64,000 bases of DNA, from assembly GCF_056746865.1 (NCBI RefSeq), contig NZ_JBWKMP010000003.1; one strand, given 5' to 3'. Below, one piece after another: positions 17,240 to 26,244 of the stretch. How positions within the stretch are numbered: the first letter of the stretch is position 1; each line of letters opens with the position of its first letter. The notes under the pieces were generated by a model, which was not told the origin of the DNA, searched no databases, and was given only the letters and a program-made list of their open reading frames with translations. Position numbers and translations under genes: made by a program. Source of the DNA: a plasmid.

Positions 17240-17439
17240 GAAAAAAAAGACTCCCGAGTGTGACAGTTAAGAGCTGGTGCGAACGCCGCGTTAAGAACGG
17301 CGGCATCACAGCCGTCATCAATATAGAGCGCAATTTTTTTCTCCAGGCGCGCTTTGGCTTCCTGCAACTGCATACCCCGGCACGCACGCGGGATATAATC
17401 AGCAATTTGAGCGATAGCTTTTTCGTTCTGTTTAAACAT
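17200..17439 (-). CDS. small protein carrying the family-B C-terminal tail (AAQLRQGGNQ)
   Basis: 79 aa. Confidence 0.4.
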   Translation of the reverse strand: MFKQNEKAIAQIADYIPRACRGMQLQEAKARLEKKIALYIDDGCDAAVLNAAFAPALNCHTRESFFSCIAAQLRQGGNQ

Positions 17440-17635
17440 GCTTCACCTCGATAGGCTTGATGGTGTCTAACAGCAGTCGGCGGCGCGTATTTTCTGCAAA
17501 ATGGCGGCGTCCAGTTTCTTTGTGGTAAAACTCGTTTTTGCCGACGACCCACATCCGCTCTGTTTGGTGCAGTTTTTTTACCTTCGGGCCATCTTTGGTG
17601 ATCACGGTACCGGTATGGGTTTTTACGATTGTCAT
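17432..17635 (-). CDS. hypothetical small protein
   Basis: 67-aa ORF with an 8-nt overlap with the next gene. Confidence 0.35.
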   Translation of the reverse strand: MTIVKTHTGTVITKDGPKVKKLHQTERMWVVGKNEFYHKETGRRHFAENTRRRLLLDTIKPIEVKHV

Positions 17636-17718
17636 GCCACTACCTATTCGAACAGATGAACGAGACAGGCCGATGCTCGTCCACCTGAAAAACTGACGAT
17701 TTGATGCATACTCACGGT

Positions 17719-18447
17719 TTATTCCTGAATGCGCTTAAACTCGATTACCCACACCCAGGGATTAGCGTTCCAGCTTTCTTCACCATAGATGGATTCCCAC
17801 AGGCGCTGGAACGCAACCTTGGCCATTGCGAAATCCCCCTTGGGAGTAAGGAATGTTCCCGGGTGATCAGGAAGCAAACTTCCAGCAGGCGGAACGCCCT
17901 CAGCCCTTGCATCGCATTCGCTGATATCGTTCAACCGTTCAACGCGCACGTTGGTAATTTCCAACAGAATGCGTGATGCCCATCGCGGCATGTGAATTGA
18001 TGGACGCCACCCACCATCAAACTTTTCATTCACAGTGTGAGGTTTCCAGTCGGCATCATCGGGTATCGACCATAAGCCGTAATCACCAGGTTTTTGCTCG
18101 CAACTGGCCCGATAAATCCTTGCTGCGTTCTTCTCATCGCCACGACAAAGGTTGTCGTTCCAGTCCACACTGCAACCATCCTCATTGCCTAATATCGCCC
18201 ATGTTTCACGAACCCAAATTCGATCGCCGACGATACCAAATGGGCAATTGAAAACACTGCTTACACCATCAGCCCCGTACCACTGAAAACCTGCACCAAT
18301 TTTTCTAACCATCACTGGTGCTTCTGGACCAACTTCCGCAGGCTGATTTTTCATTATCCGCCGCGTCTGCGTTTTCCTTCCTTCGAGGATGGCCCGGACC
18401 ATCTCATCGTTAAAAATCATCCCGCGTTCTTTCATTTTTTGATCCAC
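17719..18447 (-). CDS. ASCH-domain protein
   Basis: 242 aa. N-terminal FNDEMVRAILEGRKTQTRR matches the ASCH signature (E. coli YqfB ILAGRKTITIR). C-terminal WVWVIEFK matches YqfB FYVIEFK. Confidence 0.65.
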   Translation of the reverse strand: MDQKMKERGMIFNDEMVRAILEGRKTQTRRIMKNQPAEVGPEAPVMVRKIGAGFQWYGADGVSSVFNCPFGIVGDRIWVRETWAILGNEDGCSVDWNDNLCRGDEKNAARIYRASCEQKPGDYGLWSIPDDADWKPHTVNEKFDGGWRPSIHMPRWASRILLEITNVRVERLNDISECDARAEGVPPAGSLLPDHPGTFLTPKGDFAMAKVAFQRLWESIYGEESWNANPWVWVIEFKRIQE

Positions 18448-18451
18448 TCCA

Positions 18452-19447
18452 TCAGTTATTGAACGTGATCACTCCGCGCTCGATGGCGAAGTCGAAAAGC
18501 TGGTTGGCGGCTACGTAAAGGCGTATGCCATGTGCTTTTTCCCATGCCCGGACATCGTTTTCTGCGCTTCTGGCGCATTCATCGCAAAGAGGAACGGCCC
18601 AGCGATCGTGTTCGTTTAACGAGCGGGCGCGGTACATGAACGGGTGATTAACTTTGCCTCCGCATCCGATGCACGGACGAGAAATCACAAACCGGAGATA
18701 AGCCGGGCTTTTACCGAGAACCGCTTTTGGTCGGCGCATATACAGCAGGCCGGAATCCTCATCTACAGACAGGTTGACGATCTGCTCTGCGGTTATGTCC
18801 ACCAGCTCACGGGTGCTGTGCTCCCAGGTGATATCCGATTCTTTCAGTGTGCCGGTAGGGATTTCCTGTTTTGGCTGACAAAATGCAATGCGACCGGCTT
18901 CATCTGGCAGCTCGTCTTTCAGATTCCGGCGAATGGCCCAAAAAGTGAGTTCAACCATGCTCAGATCGCGTTCTGGCGGTAGTTTTAACTCGCTCGCAGC
19001 CCAGTTCATAACCCAGTTGGCACGATTCAGGGATAACTGGTCATCCAGCTTGCCGTACCCCTTCATCATGTATTCCGCATCATGCTTCCAGCACAGGCGA
19101 ACGGCAGAGCCGTTATAGAAATGAGTGGTTAGCTGGTGGCTGCAATCGCGCTTATCGTGCGCCTGGCAATCGTGGATATTGGAACTTACCCAATGAACAA
19201 GCGAATCTTCACCGCCTAATGCGTTAAATACGCGCTCGCTTTGAAAAAATGCTTTCAGAGACTGGTTGGCAACCAGCGAATAGTTCAGATCCACTACGCC
19301 ATCTGGCGTGTTTTCAGCCTGTTCGCGCGGAAGTGGAGAGATAATGAAACGGCGACCTGCGCCAATGTAGTTGCTGGTGGGCTTGTCTACCGGAAAGACA
19401 GCCACACCAGCTCCGTTTACGAAATGAGGTGTGATTATTGCACTCAT
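18452..19447 (-). CDS. DUF968-family prophage protein
   Basis: 331 aa with multiple Cys/His clusters (CIGCGGKVNHPFMY, CDEC). Resembles the lambdoid YdfU-type proteins of this length. Confidence 0.55.
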   Translation of the reverse strand: MSAIITPHFVNGAGVAVFPVDKPTSNYIGAGRRFIISPLPREQAENTPDGVVDLNYSLVANQSLKAFFQSERVFNALGGEDSLVHWVSSNIHDCQAHDKRDCSHQLTTHFYNGSAVRLCWKHDAEYMMKGYGKLDDQLSLNRANWVMNWAASELKLPPERDLSMVELTFWAIRRNLKDELPDEAGRIAFCQPKQEIPTGTLKESDITWEHSTRELVDITAEQIVNLSVDEDSGLLYMRRPKAVLGKSPAYLRFVISRPCIGCGGKVNHPFMYRARSLNEHDRWAVPLCDECARSAENDVRAWEKAHGIRLYVAANQLFDFAIERGVITFNN

Positions 19448-19489
19448 AATGTATACCGACTCTGTTTTGTTCCGAGCGGTAAAATAATA

Positions 19490-19519
19490 TGTTAGAAAAT
19501 TAAAATCAATATTCTAACA
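19490..19519. promoter_or_regulatory. operator-like inverted pair TGTTAGAAAAT...ATTCTAACA
   Basis: Intergenic, between the phosphatase and the DUF968 gene. Confidence 0.45.
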
Positions 19520-19551
19520 CGGTTTTGAGTGCATAAACGATGTGTTCAGGA

Positions 19552-20268
19552 TTACGGCTGGCCTCCCTTCACCTGCTTTAGCGTCAGATTTCCGCAAAAA
19601 ACCGCGCCAGTGTCTATGTAGTGCTGGTTCCAGAAAGATTTCGGGCTGTTTACTGGCGTATGCCCGAAAATAAAGCTATCTGCACCAGTGATCATTCCAC
19701 CAACACCATCAACCGCGTCATAAAATCGCTCACGCCGCCAGGTAACATTGAGATCGCTAACAGGTTTACCAAACTGGTATTCGTTATCAGGATAGTCGGC
19801 ATGGGCTATAACGATAGTTTCATGCCCGGTGTTCAACTCAATGATATAGGGTAAACGTCTTACCAGCTCCACCAGCGCCCTGGCTAATATTTCCCGATCA
19901 GCGTCCAGCATGAAGAACCATTGGCCGCCATTCATTAGCCAGTTATTCACGTTGCCTGCGGGGCTTAACGCATCGATCATTAATCGCTCGTGGTTTCCCA
20001 TAACCGACCGAAACCAGGGCATCTGCAATAGCTCCAAGCATTCAACATTTTCGGTGCCGCGATCGATAAGGTCGCCAACCGATATCAGTAAATCCTGTGT
20101 CGGGTCAAAGTCCACACGATGAAGTTCAGACATCAATCTGGTGTAGCAACCATGCAGATCACCAACAACCCATATGTTTCTGTAGCCTGAACCATCAATA
20201 CGGCCATATAAATTCACTTCATGCAGCGCCTGGGTCATGCGGCAACCTTCTCCCGCAGCCAGATACAA
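19552..20268 (-). CDS. Ser/Thr protein phosphatase (lambda PPase-like metallophosphoesterase)
   Basis: 238 aa with GDLHG, GDLIDRG and GNHE motifs in calcineurin-fold order. Confidence 0.85.
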   Translation of the reverse strand: MYLAAGEGCRMTQALHEVNLYGRIDGSGYRNIWVVGDLHGCYTRLMSELHRVDFDPTQDLLISVGDLIDRGTENVECLELLQMPWFRSVMGNHERLMIDALSPAGNVNNWLMNGGQWFFMLDADREILARALVELVRRLPYIIELNTGHETIVIAHADYPDNEYQFGKPVSDLNVTWRRERFYDAVDGVGGMITGADSFIFGHTPVNSPKSFWNQHYIDTGAVFCGNLTLKQVKGGQP

Positions 20269-20546
20269 ACCGGGCCATCTTCAGTGTCATGAATAGAGCC
20301 AACAAACCATCCTTCGCCCTCTGGTCGCTCTGGTTCCCAGGCGGCAATATCGGGACCATCTGCGTCCAGATTAAAATGATCTTCATCCATACTGCGAATA
20401 GTCCACTGAAGATTATTATCCTTCATCCAGGCGTCAAATTCCTCAGTGGATATATATTCACGACCTGCGCAAAACTTTTCATATTCCGGATGTGTCCAGC
20501 AGCCATATTCATCACGTTCTACCGGCATTTCTTTAATGATGCTCAC
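20235..20546 (-). CDS. hypothetical protein
   Basis: 103-aa acidic ORF. Confidence 0.4.
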   Translation of the reverse strand: MSIIKEMPVERDEYGCWTHPEYEKFCAGREYISTEEFDAWMKDNNLQWTIRSMDEDHFNLDADGPDIAAWEPERPEGEGWFVGSIHDTEDGPVCIWLREKVAA

Positions 20547-20767
20547 TCTTCATCCTCCAAGTCGGCAACGGCCTCCATCACATCAGAACCGCGAATAACC
20601 TCAAAAGCACGGCAGGCCATTTCAAACACCTGTTGTTCTTGCGGATGCGGTGACTCCCAATACTTAAAACCAGGTCGATGCTCGTAACCCAACATGGAAT
20701 AAAAATCGCCAGCAAGTTCAATCGCTGCATCAACAAGTTCGCGATTTGTCATCGTCTGTTCTGTCAT
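20543..20767 (-). CDS. hypothetical protein
   Basis: 74-aa ORF overlapping its neighbours by 4 nt. Confidence 0.4.
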   Translation of the reverse strand: MTEQTMTNRELVDAAIELAGDFYSMLGYEHRPGFKYWESPHPQEQQVFEMACRAFEVIRGSDVMEAVADLEDEE

Positions 20768-21039
20768 TTTGTTTTCTCCTGTCTGAACATCACTATCATC
20801 AGGTCGCCTTTTGTCGCTATCCTGGCTGTTGTACCTGGTTCAATGCGGCTAAGCTCAAATGCGTCATAGAACGCTTCTAATGCCTTCTGGCGTAGTTCCT
20901 GTTTGCGCCGTTTTTTCCACTGTTTTAGGAAAATGGAACCCAGCCATCGCCATGTACGGGACATGATGTAAAGCCAACCGAGAAGTGCCAGACCGGTATT
21001 TAGGAGCGTATCGATCGTTATTGTCGTGTCGATATTCAC
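20764..21039 (-). CDS. small membrane protein
   Basis: 91 aa with one TM helix (LALLGWLYIMS) followed by a basic stretch. Confidence 0.4.
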   Translation of the reverse strand: MNIDTTITIDTLLNTGLALLGWLYIMSRTWRWLGSIFLKQWKKRRKQELRQKALEAFYDAFELSRIEPGTTARIATKGDLMIVMFRQEKTK

Positions 21040-21803
21040 TGGCTGCCTCCTTTGCGAAGCTGGTCGGCGAACAAACGTACACTAGACGCTTCACTGCGTA
21101 GAAACTTAACGGCATAATCAAAACCACCTCGTTCTGCGTCGTCTGCTCCGTTGTCGAGGTTATCTGCGTACATCTCTACCCCCTGCGCACGTACTTCAGC
21201 CAGGAAAGCATCGGTGGCTGGGGTATCAACACGGATACTGTCGCGCAAGATGAAAAATGCATTGAGCATTCCAGTCTCTGGCACTTCATCCTGATGCTTC
21301 TCATACGCATCAAGAGCCTTCATCATCTCAGCTCCGAATGGTTGAGGGTGCACAGACTTCAGCTCCGCATTCTCCGCCGCCAGCACCGCGCGTTCGCTCT
21401 CCAGTTCTGTAATGCGCCGTCTTGCAGCATCCAGTTCAATCGACAATTTTCCCAACTGCTCTTTATGCTTCTTGTATTCCTGATATGCGTGCCAAGACTG
21501 ACCTTTGCGCACACTATCCGTGATATCAGTAATCTGTTCTGGTGTTAGCGTGGTCAGTGGCTGTGCTGGGAAAATCAGCACTTTCCCAGCATCCCAATCA
21601 AAACCCACCTGAATTGACTGAACCTCAACTGATGGTGTTGAACCGATGCGACCAGGCGAATGAACAACGATCGTTACATCCATATCGCGACGATGGCTGT
21701 GGTTGTTGGACAAAATACGATTCACCAACTCCGAGAATTTGGAAAATTTCATGCTGATTCCCTTTGCTCTTCCTGGATAATGTTGTTGCAATCTTTCACG
21801 CAC
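21036..21803 (-). CDS. Ead/Ea22-like mosaic protein, family B
   Basis: 255 aa with [18 protein letters not shown]...[11 protein letters not shown] and a central coiled coil. Confidence 0.55.
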   Translation of the reverse strand: MRERLQQHYPGRAKGISMKFSKFSELVNRILSNNHSHRRDMDVTIVVHSPGRIGSTPSVEVQSIQVGFDWDAGKVLIFPAQPLTTLTPEQITDITDSVRKGQSWHAYQEYKKHKEQLGKLSIELDAARRRITELESERAVLAAENAELKSVHPQPFGAEMMKALDAYEKHQDEVPETGMLNAFFILRDSIRVDTPATDAFLAEVRAQGVEMYADNLDNGADDAERGGFDYAVKFLRSEASSVRLFADQLRKGGSQ

Positions 21804-22072
21804 TCGTTGCAGATGAAAACGTTGTCCCCGGCAATTAACTTTTTAACGGTGTGCTGGGATTTGTTGCAGAAGCTGCAATAAAGCGTTGGACTGGCTGATA
21901 TGGATGGTGCGCCAGATGTCAGCCGCGCGATGTCGTTCTTGCGACGCAATATCACACGGCTGCACTCGACCAGCATCTCCGGGGATATATCCTCCTCCGT
22001 GGCGAGCGCCTCCAGACGTTCGAGCAAGCGAAATACTTTTTCCTGGGTGATTGCAGAATGCGATGTGGTCAT
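21749..22072 (-). CDS. ClpX-type C4 zinc-finger domain protein (ZBD only, no AAA+ module)
   Basis: 107 aa from MTTSHS, with [57 protein letters not shown] is close to the ClpX N-terminus [40 protein letters not shown]. Confidence 0.6.
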   Translation of the reverse strand: MTTSHSAITQEKVFRLLERLEALATEEDISPEMLVECSRVILRRKNDIARLTSGAPSISASPTLYCSFCNKSQHTVKKLIAGDNVFICNECVKDCNNIIQEEQRESA

Positions 22073-22073
22073 C

Positions 22074-22748
22074 TCACTCTCCTTTGATGCGAATGCCAGC
22101 GGCACGGGAGTCATTCCATCGCTTTACTTCTTCACGAATTACGTCAATGCATTCTTTCGAATCCATTAGGTAATCTTCATCAAAAAGCCTTTCCTGTTCG
22201 TTTTCTATCGCAACAATGATTGCTTCAACTAACTTTTGTGCCTGAGAACCACTTTCTAACTCTGCAATGCGCTTCTCTGCGGCTTCCAGCTTCTCGCGCA
22301 TATCGTCAACGTACTCGACCAGAGATCCGCCAGCAGGAATTTCGCACTCCTCGACCAGTTGGAAGTAGATATCAGCTGCGGCCCGTGTGTTGCTATGCCT
22401 AGCGTCGCCCATCTCACCTTCACGAAGAGCATCGCGTTCGGCGGTAAGATTGGCTATTTTGCTGTCTTTGCCTTCAAGCTCAACGCGCAGCTTCCCTACC
22501 GTTAGCGCAATATCCTCGTTCTCCTGGTCGCGGCGTTTTATGTATTGCTGGTTTCTTTCCCGTTCATCCAGCAGCGCCAGCACAATGTGTGGCGTTATCA
22601 AGGACTCAAATTCGGCAACAGCTTGCTCACCTCGCTTGTAATTCTTAATCCCACCTAAATCTTTCGCGTTCTGTGCCGCCTCACGCAGCGCCAGTGTGTC
22701 GATGTCGATGTCGATGTTGCTCATTGTGCCTCCTCGATTTCGTCCCAT
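22074..22748 (-). CDS. Ead/Ea22-like mosaic protein, family A
   Basis: 224 aa. Shares an identical block with 15160..15912 and the same 3' DNA junction CTCACTCTCCTTTGATGCGAATGCC. Confidence 0.55.
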   Translation of the reverse strand: MGRNRGGTMSNIDIDIDTLALREAAQNAKDLGGIKNYKRGEQAVAEFESLITPHIVLALLDERERNQQYIKRRDQENEDIALTVGKLRVELEGKDSKIANLTAERDALREGEMGDARHSNTRAAADIYFQLVEECEIPAGGSLVEYVDDMREKLEAAEKRIAELESGSQAQKLVEAIIVAIENEQERLFDEDYLMDSKECIDVIREEVKRWNDSRAAGIRIKGE

Positions 22749-22954
22749 TCCACCCAGGCATTCTCTCCATCAGCATCGATTTCACCTTTGTGACCGCATT
22801 TGGAACAAACGGCCTCATCACCCGCCCACAAAGAATCTTTGGTTACCGACCATCCTGTTACCCTGGCTTTGCCGTGCTGGCACCTAGGGCAATCATCAAG
22901 CCATTCGACTTCGACCGTTGAAGGACCAAATCCATGTTCAGTTCGGATGCTCAT
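22721..22954 (-). CDS. zinc-ribbon protein (CPRC...CSKC)
   Basis: 77 aa from MSIRTEHGF. ATGA overlap with the upstream gene. Confidence 0.4.
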   Translation of the reverse strand: MSIRTEHGFGPSTVEVEWLDDCPRCQHGKARVTGWSVTKDSLWAGDEAVCSKCGHKGEIDADGENAWVEWDEIEEAQ

Positions 22955-23454
22955 GACTGAACTCCTTTGCGAATCTGTTCCGCCCATTCTTCAAGGGATT
23001 TCTCCGCATATTCACCGGACAGGCCATCAATCGGATGCGGTTCATTAGCCAACTCTTCTTTCGCTGACAAAATCATGCGTGTAACGTCGAAAACTTCACG
23101 CAAAGACTTATTGATAAATCCGTGATTGAACGCAGCAGCAAGACGGCTTGCGGTGTAGTTAATCCCCTCGTTGCGTGCCTCCGCACGTATTTCAGCCAGG
23201 AAAGCGTCGGTGGCTGACATATTTCCTGTTGCCTTCATGGCCTTCAAAATAACCAGAACGCCATCTTGCCCAACCAACTCGGAGATAATCTCAGTGTTGT
23301 CGCCAACAACCTCACAGAATGCCTGAACAGCTTTACGAGCAAGTGCATTCTCCGCCGCCAGCGCCGCGCGCTCTTTCTCAAGTCGGGAAATTTCCGTTAC
23401 ATACTCAGCGTTACGCTCTGCCAGTTGTGCGGGCGTTAAACCTTCAGACTTCAT
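22951..23454 (-). CDS. Ead/Ea22-like mosaic protein, family B (short)
   Basis: 167 aa with [19 protein letters not shown]...WAEQIRKGVQS. Confidence 0.5.
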   Translation of the reverse strand: MKSEGLTPAQLAERNAEYVTEISRLEKERAALAAENALARKAVQAFCEVVGDNTEIISELVGQDGVLVILKAMKATGNMSATDAFLAEIRAEARNEGINYTASRLAAAFNHGFINKSLREVFDVTRMILSAKEELANEPHPIDGLSGEYAEKSLEEWAEQIRKGVQS

Positions 23455-23761
23455 GCACTCTCCTTTCGAAATAAACGTACTGATTAATCATGCCCAGGGG
23501 CATTTCGAACTTTTCTGCGATCTCACGGCGGGGAACGCCACACTGATGAAGCTGCCGCGCCAGCTCTATATCGCTCTGCCGGTATTTGGCTGACTGGTGA
23601 AAGTCACCTTTCAGAATCATGCTGATCCGCAATTGCCGCGCTTTAGTCCTGACAGCACCACCGGTACGCCCGATCAGTCTCCCAATACCCTCGACTGTCA
23701 TAGTCCCGGCGCACTGGCGGAGTATCATGATTTCTGCCCTTCCCCATCCCCGCCAGCTCAC
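23444..23761 (-). CDS. GcrA-like N-terminal domain plus HTH protein
   Basis: 105 aa. MSW...EGIGRLIGRTGGAVRTKARQLRI resembles the GcrA N-domain (MSW..LW.EG.SASQIA..LG.SRNAVIGK.HRLGL). A second HTH-like segment is REIAEKFEMPLGMINQYV. Confidence 0.45.
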   Translation of the reverse strand: MSWRGWGRAEIMILRQCAGTMTVEGIGRLIGRTGGAVRTKARQLRISMILKGDFHQSAKYRQSDIELARQLHQCGVPRREIAEKFEMPLGMINQYVYFERRVHEV

Positions 23762-24369
23762 GCAGAACTCCTTCTAACCAAAAGAACGCCATCTTCAGAA
23801 ACAACGTTGCAGGACTTCAGGTAATTCATTGCCTCTTTCGGTAATGGATTCTTTGGATCGGCGCTTGCCAGGGATTTCGATAACCTCATGATAAATTTGA
23901 TCATTACCTTCTGACGGAGCTTGTGCTCATGGGATGCAGACAGGTAATAGGAAATGGTATGGGCTAAACGCTCACGAAGCTGTTCTGTGCCGTGATATAC
24001 AGCAGCGATATCACGCAGTGCATTGACCAGTTCCCGGTAAATATGCGGAGCAACCTGGCATTCAATGTTGGTTGGTGACTCATAAATTACATTCAGCCCC
24101 AGCTTTTGAGCCAGCTCGTGCTCTGCACGAGCGCCAACTGATTCCTCCCACCCCTTGAGCAAATAGACCGCATTAGCCGAACGCACCATTGCAAGGCAAA
24201 TATCCATGTATTCGCTCTGGCAGAGGCCAGCAGGTAACAGCGCCGGATTCAGAACAATATGCCCTACCTCCATCAGCTCTTTTGCTTTCGAAAAAAACGC
24301 TGTGCGGTTGTAGTCGGGATAACCAGTCATCGGACCCGCGATGTAAATTTTCATAATGCGTTTTGACAT
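23758..24369 (-). CDS. DUF4406 (nucleoside 2-deoxyribosyltransferase-like) domain protein
   Basis: IYIAGPMTGYPDYNRTAFF...GHIVLNP is the DUF4406 signature. The C-terminal module is shared with 11199..11834. Confidence 0.55.
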   Translation of the reverse strand: MSKRIMKIYIAGPMTGYPDYNRTAFFSKAKELMEVGHIVLNPALLPAGLCQSEYMDICLAMVRSANAVYLLKGWEESVGARAEHELAQKLGLNVIYESPTNIECQVAPHIYRELVNALRDIAAVYHGTEQLRERLAHTISYYLSASHEHKLRQKVMIKFIMRLSKSLASADPKNPLPKEAMNYLKSCNVVSEDGVLLVRRSSA

Positions 24370-24524
24370 CAAAGTTTCCCCAGGAACGTTACGCAAAAGT
24401 TAATGAGAGCAAAGAGTTCAATGCCCAGCTCAAACAACGCCAGGACAGTGAAAAACAGGGCATATAGCAACCCAATTTCTGTACCGGATTGCTGGTGGAT
24501 TGCACTTATTGCGACAAGCATCAT
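24369..24524 (-). CDS. small hydrophobic peptide, first gene of the leftward operon
   Basis: 51 aa, MMLVAISAIHQQSGTEIGLLYALFFTVLALFELGIELFALINFCVTFLGKL. GGAGG RBS. Its TGA stop overlaps the next ATG. Confidence 0.3.
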   Translation of the reverse strand: MMLVAISAIHQQSGTEIGLLYALFFTVLALFELGIELFALINFCVTFLGKL

Positions 24525-24564
24525 GACCTCCTGATATAGCGTCTGAAAAAAGTATCTTCATTTT

Positions 24565-24596
24565 GTGTTAGAAAATCAATTTTGATTTTCTAACAC
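24565..24596. promoter_or_regulatory. 32-bp near-perfect palindromic operator GTGTTAGAAAATCAATTTTGATTTTCTAACAC in a divergent promoter region
   Basis: 15+2+15 palindrome built from two copies of the dispersed TGTTAGAAAAT motif. Lies between the leftward accessory operon and ref. Confidence 0.55.
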
Positions 24597-24640
24597 TTTT
24601 GATCAACCATAGCGGCGATGTAGACAAACCGGGTATTTCT

Positions 24641-25216
24641 ATGAAGCAAAGCTATTGGGAGAAACAGACACAAAAAGCCCTGCAAAAACTGGCTGATCCG
24701 AAATGGCGGGAGGAACAAAGGGCAAAGCGTCTTCAGCAAGCTCAACGCCAGCAGCAGCGTGCGCGAGAAAAAGCCGCATCGCCTGAATATCGGCAAAAGA
24801 AAATTGAAAAAGCGAAGCAATATGAACAGCGAAGAAAAGAGAAGGCCGCTTCTGCTCCTGTCAAAAAAACTCGCGCGTCACGCGGCCTGAAAGGCAGAAC
24901 ACTCACAGCAGATGAGCGCCGGATACAAACTGCCATCGGTGCTCTCCCCTGCATTGCCTGCCATATGCACGGACAGCATAGCCCTGTGGTATCCCTGCAC
25001 CACATCTTCGGGAGAACAGCAGAAAACGCGCATAAATACGTCCTCCCTTTGTGTAAATGGCACCATCAACACGCAGCGCCAGCAGAGATCCGCGAGCAAT
25101 ACCCCTGGTTGGTTCCTGTTCATGCTGATGGAAAAATAGGCGGCAAAGCAGATTTCAGGCGGCACAATGCTGATGAAATGACGTTGTATCAGATGGTGAC
25201 TGAATTAATAAATTAA
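24641..25216 (+). CDS. ref: Ref-like HNH endonuclease (P1 recombination enhancement function type)
   Basis: 191 aa from MKQSYWEK (a TTG-initiated extension is also possible). Highly basic, disordered N-terminus. C-terminal Zn/HNH-like pattern LPCIACHMHGQH...LHHIFGR...CKWHHQH. Located downstream of the operator, in a P1-like context. Confidence 0.5.
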   Translation: MKQSYWEKQTQKALQKLADPKWREEQRAKRLQQAQRQQQRAREKAASPEYRQKKIEKAKQYEQRRKEKAASAPVKKTRASRGLKGRTLTADERRIQTAIGALPCIACHMHGQHSPVVSLHHIFGRTAENAHKYVLPLCKWHHQHAAPAEIREQYPWLVPVHADGKIGGKADFRRHNADEMTLYQMVTELIN

Positions 25217-25229
25217 TTTTCTAACATTT
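25208..25229. promoter_or_regulatory. operator-like motif copy (TAAATTAATTTTCTAACATTTT)
   Basis: Near-identical to the copy after cre. Confidence 0.4.
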
Positions 25230-25547
25230 TAAGTTGAATTGTGAAATTCGCCGTTGTACATTCACAACCGATTGGTACACCGGTCAACTTTTTGAGACAA
25301 ACCGTTTGGTTTTTCGTATGATTGCCGCCGCCATACCAATGGCGGTGCAATATAGGTGGCTGAAAAGCCCCCGTTGACTCACGGTGTTCCAACCTTTATT
25401 GCGCCGCCACCAGACCGTGGAACAGTCGATGGCGGCTCCGAAAGCAAGGAGTCACTACACTATGAACAGCTACTGTCTTTTCCCATCACTCGTTATCCGC
25501 CACTCACGCGATAATCTGCATTCTTTACTCGCGCTGGGGGTGTCAAA

Positions 25548-25715
25548 ATGACCGTTCGCTATCTCAACTTTCAAATCCAGAACATCACTGGCGGTTGCTA
25601 TGACTGGTTTGTCACTCTCGGAAAAGAAGTGATCACCGGGAAGCTGGATGAAGTGAAAGCTAAAGCAATGGCCTACGCCTGCAAGCAAGCCCAAAAGAAG
25701 AAAAGAAAAGCATAA
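25548..25715 (+). CDS. small basic-tailed ORF (55 aa)
   Basis: MTVRYLNFQIQNITGGCYDWFVTLGKEVITGKLDEVKAKAMAYACKQAQKKKRKA, with GGGGG RBS and followed by a terminator. Below the ORF-track cutoff. Confidence 0.3.
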   Translation: MTVRYLNFQIQNITGGCYDWFVTLGKEVITGKLDEVKAKAMAYACKQAQKKKRKA

Positions 25716-25828
25716 GAAAACACACAGTTGCGCCCTGGCATTATCGTGGGGTATATTTCTACGGCACCTTAGAAAAACGGGTGCCGGGATTGGAACCCCG
25801 GATAATGTCAAAGGCGACACAGACGCCG

Positions 25829-25855
25829 AACGCGTCTTTTTTTGTGTCATGCCAT
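25829..25855 (+). terminator. rho-independent terminator (GACGC-CGAAC-GCGTC plus T7)
   Basis: 5-bp GC stem followed by TTTTTTT. Confidence 0.45.
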
Positions 25856-25879
25856 CGCACAGCCATACTTAGCGTTTAG

Positions 25880-26020
25880 CTCAGAGATCAATGGTAGTGC
25901 TGGCTGGGCTGCCGAAAGGCAGGCCGGTTCCCTTTGACGCCGGTAGTTCCAACCCAGTCAGTGCTACCGCCATTGAGATTGGAACCTCACGCGGTAGCTC
26001 CTTAACTTAGTCAAAGGAGG
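25880..26020 (+). ncRNA. candidate c4-like antisense RNA region upstream of icd/ant-like genes
   Basis: Non-coding 150 bp with a tRNA-like TAGCTCAGAG...GGTAGTGC segment. Mutually complementary short elements (GGTTCC/GTTCCAACC versus GATTGGAACC x2) sit upstream of the icd-like start, as for P1 c4 a'/b' pairing with ant mRNA. Confidence 0.25.
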
Positions 26021-26028
26021 CTGCCAAT

Positions 26029-26244
26029 ATGGCTACTATCCCTACCCCAACTCATTCTGAATTTATCTGGCGTTTCTATTCCTGCCAAAAACACCTTTAT
26101 ATCTGCGTAATGGCTGCTACCGAAGCAGAGGCGCGCTCATACCTTCCCGAAGAACCCTGCATTTTTGCTGCTCGCTTCACTCTTGATGCGATGGAGATCC
26201 TCAATTACTGGAATCTGCCAATGAACTGCGTGGAGGTGCACTGA
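26029..26244 (+). CDS. small ORF overlapping the antirepressor start (P1 icd-like position)
   Basis: 71 aa with GGAGG RBS. Its stop overlaps the ATG of the Ant-like gene (TGATGA). Confidence 0.4.
   Translation: MATIPTPTHSEFIWRFYSCQKHLYICVMAATEAEARSYLPEEPCIFAARFTLDAMEILNYWNLPMNCVEVH

Noticed and set aside
25880-25960. tRNA-like sequence (TAGCTCAGAG...GGTAGTGC) considered as a tRNA gene
   Set aside because: No canonical T-arm (GGTTCGAATCC-type) or acceptor stem, and no CCA context. More consistent with a tRNA-mimicking processing signal of an antisense RNA than with a tRNA.
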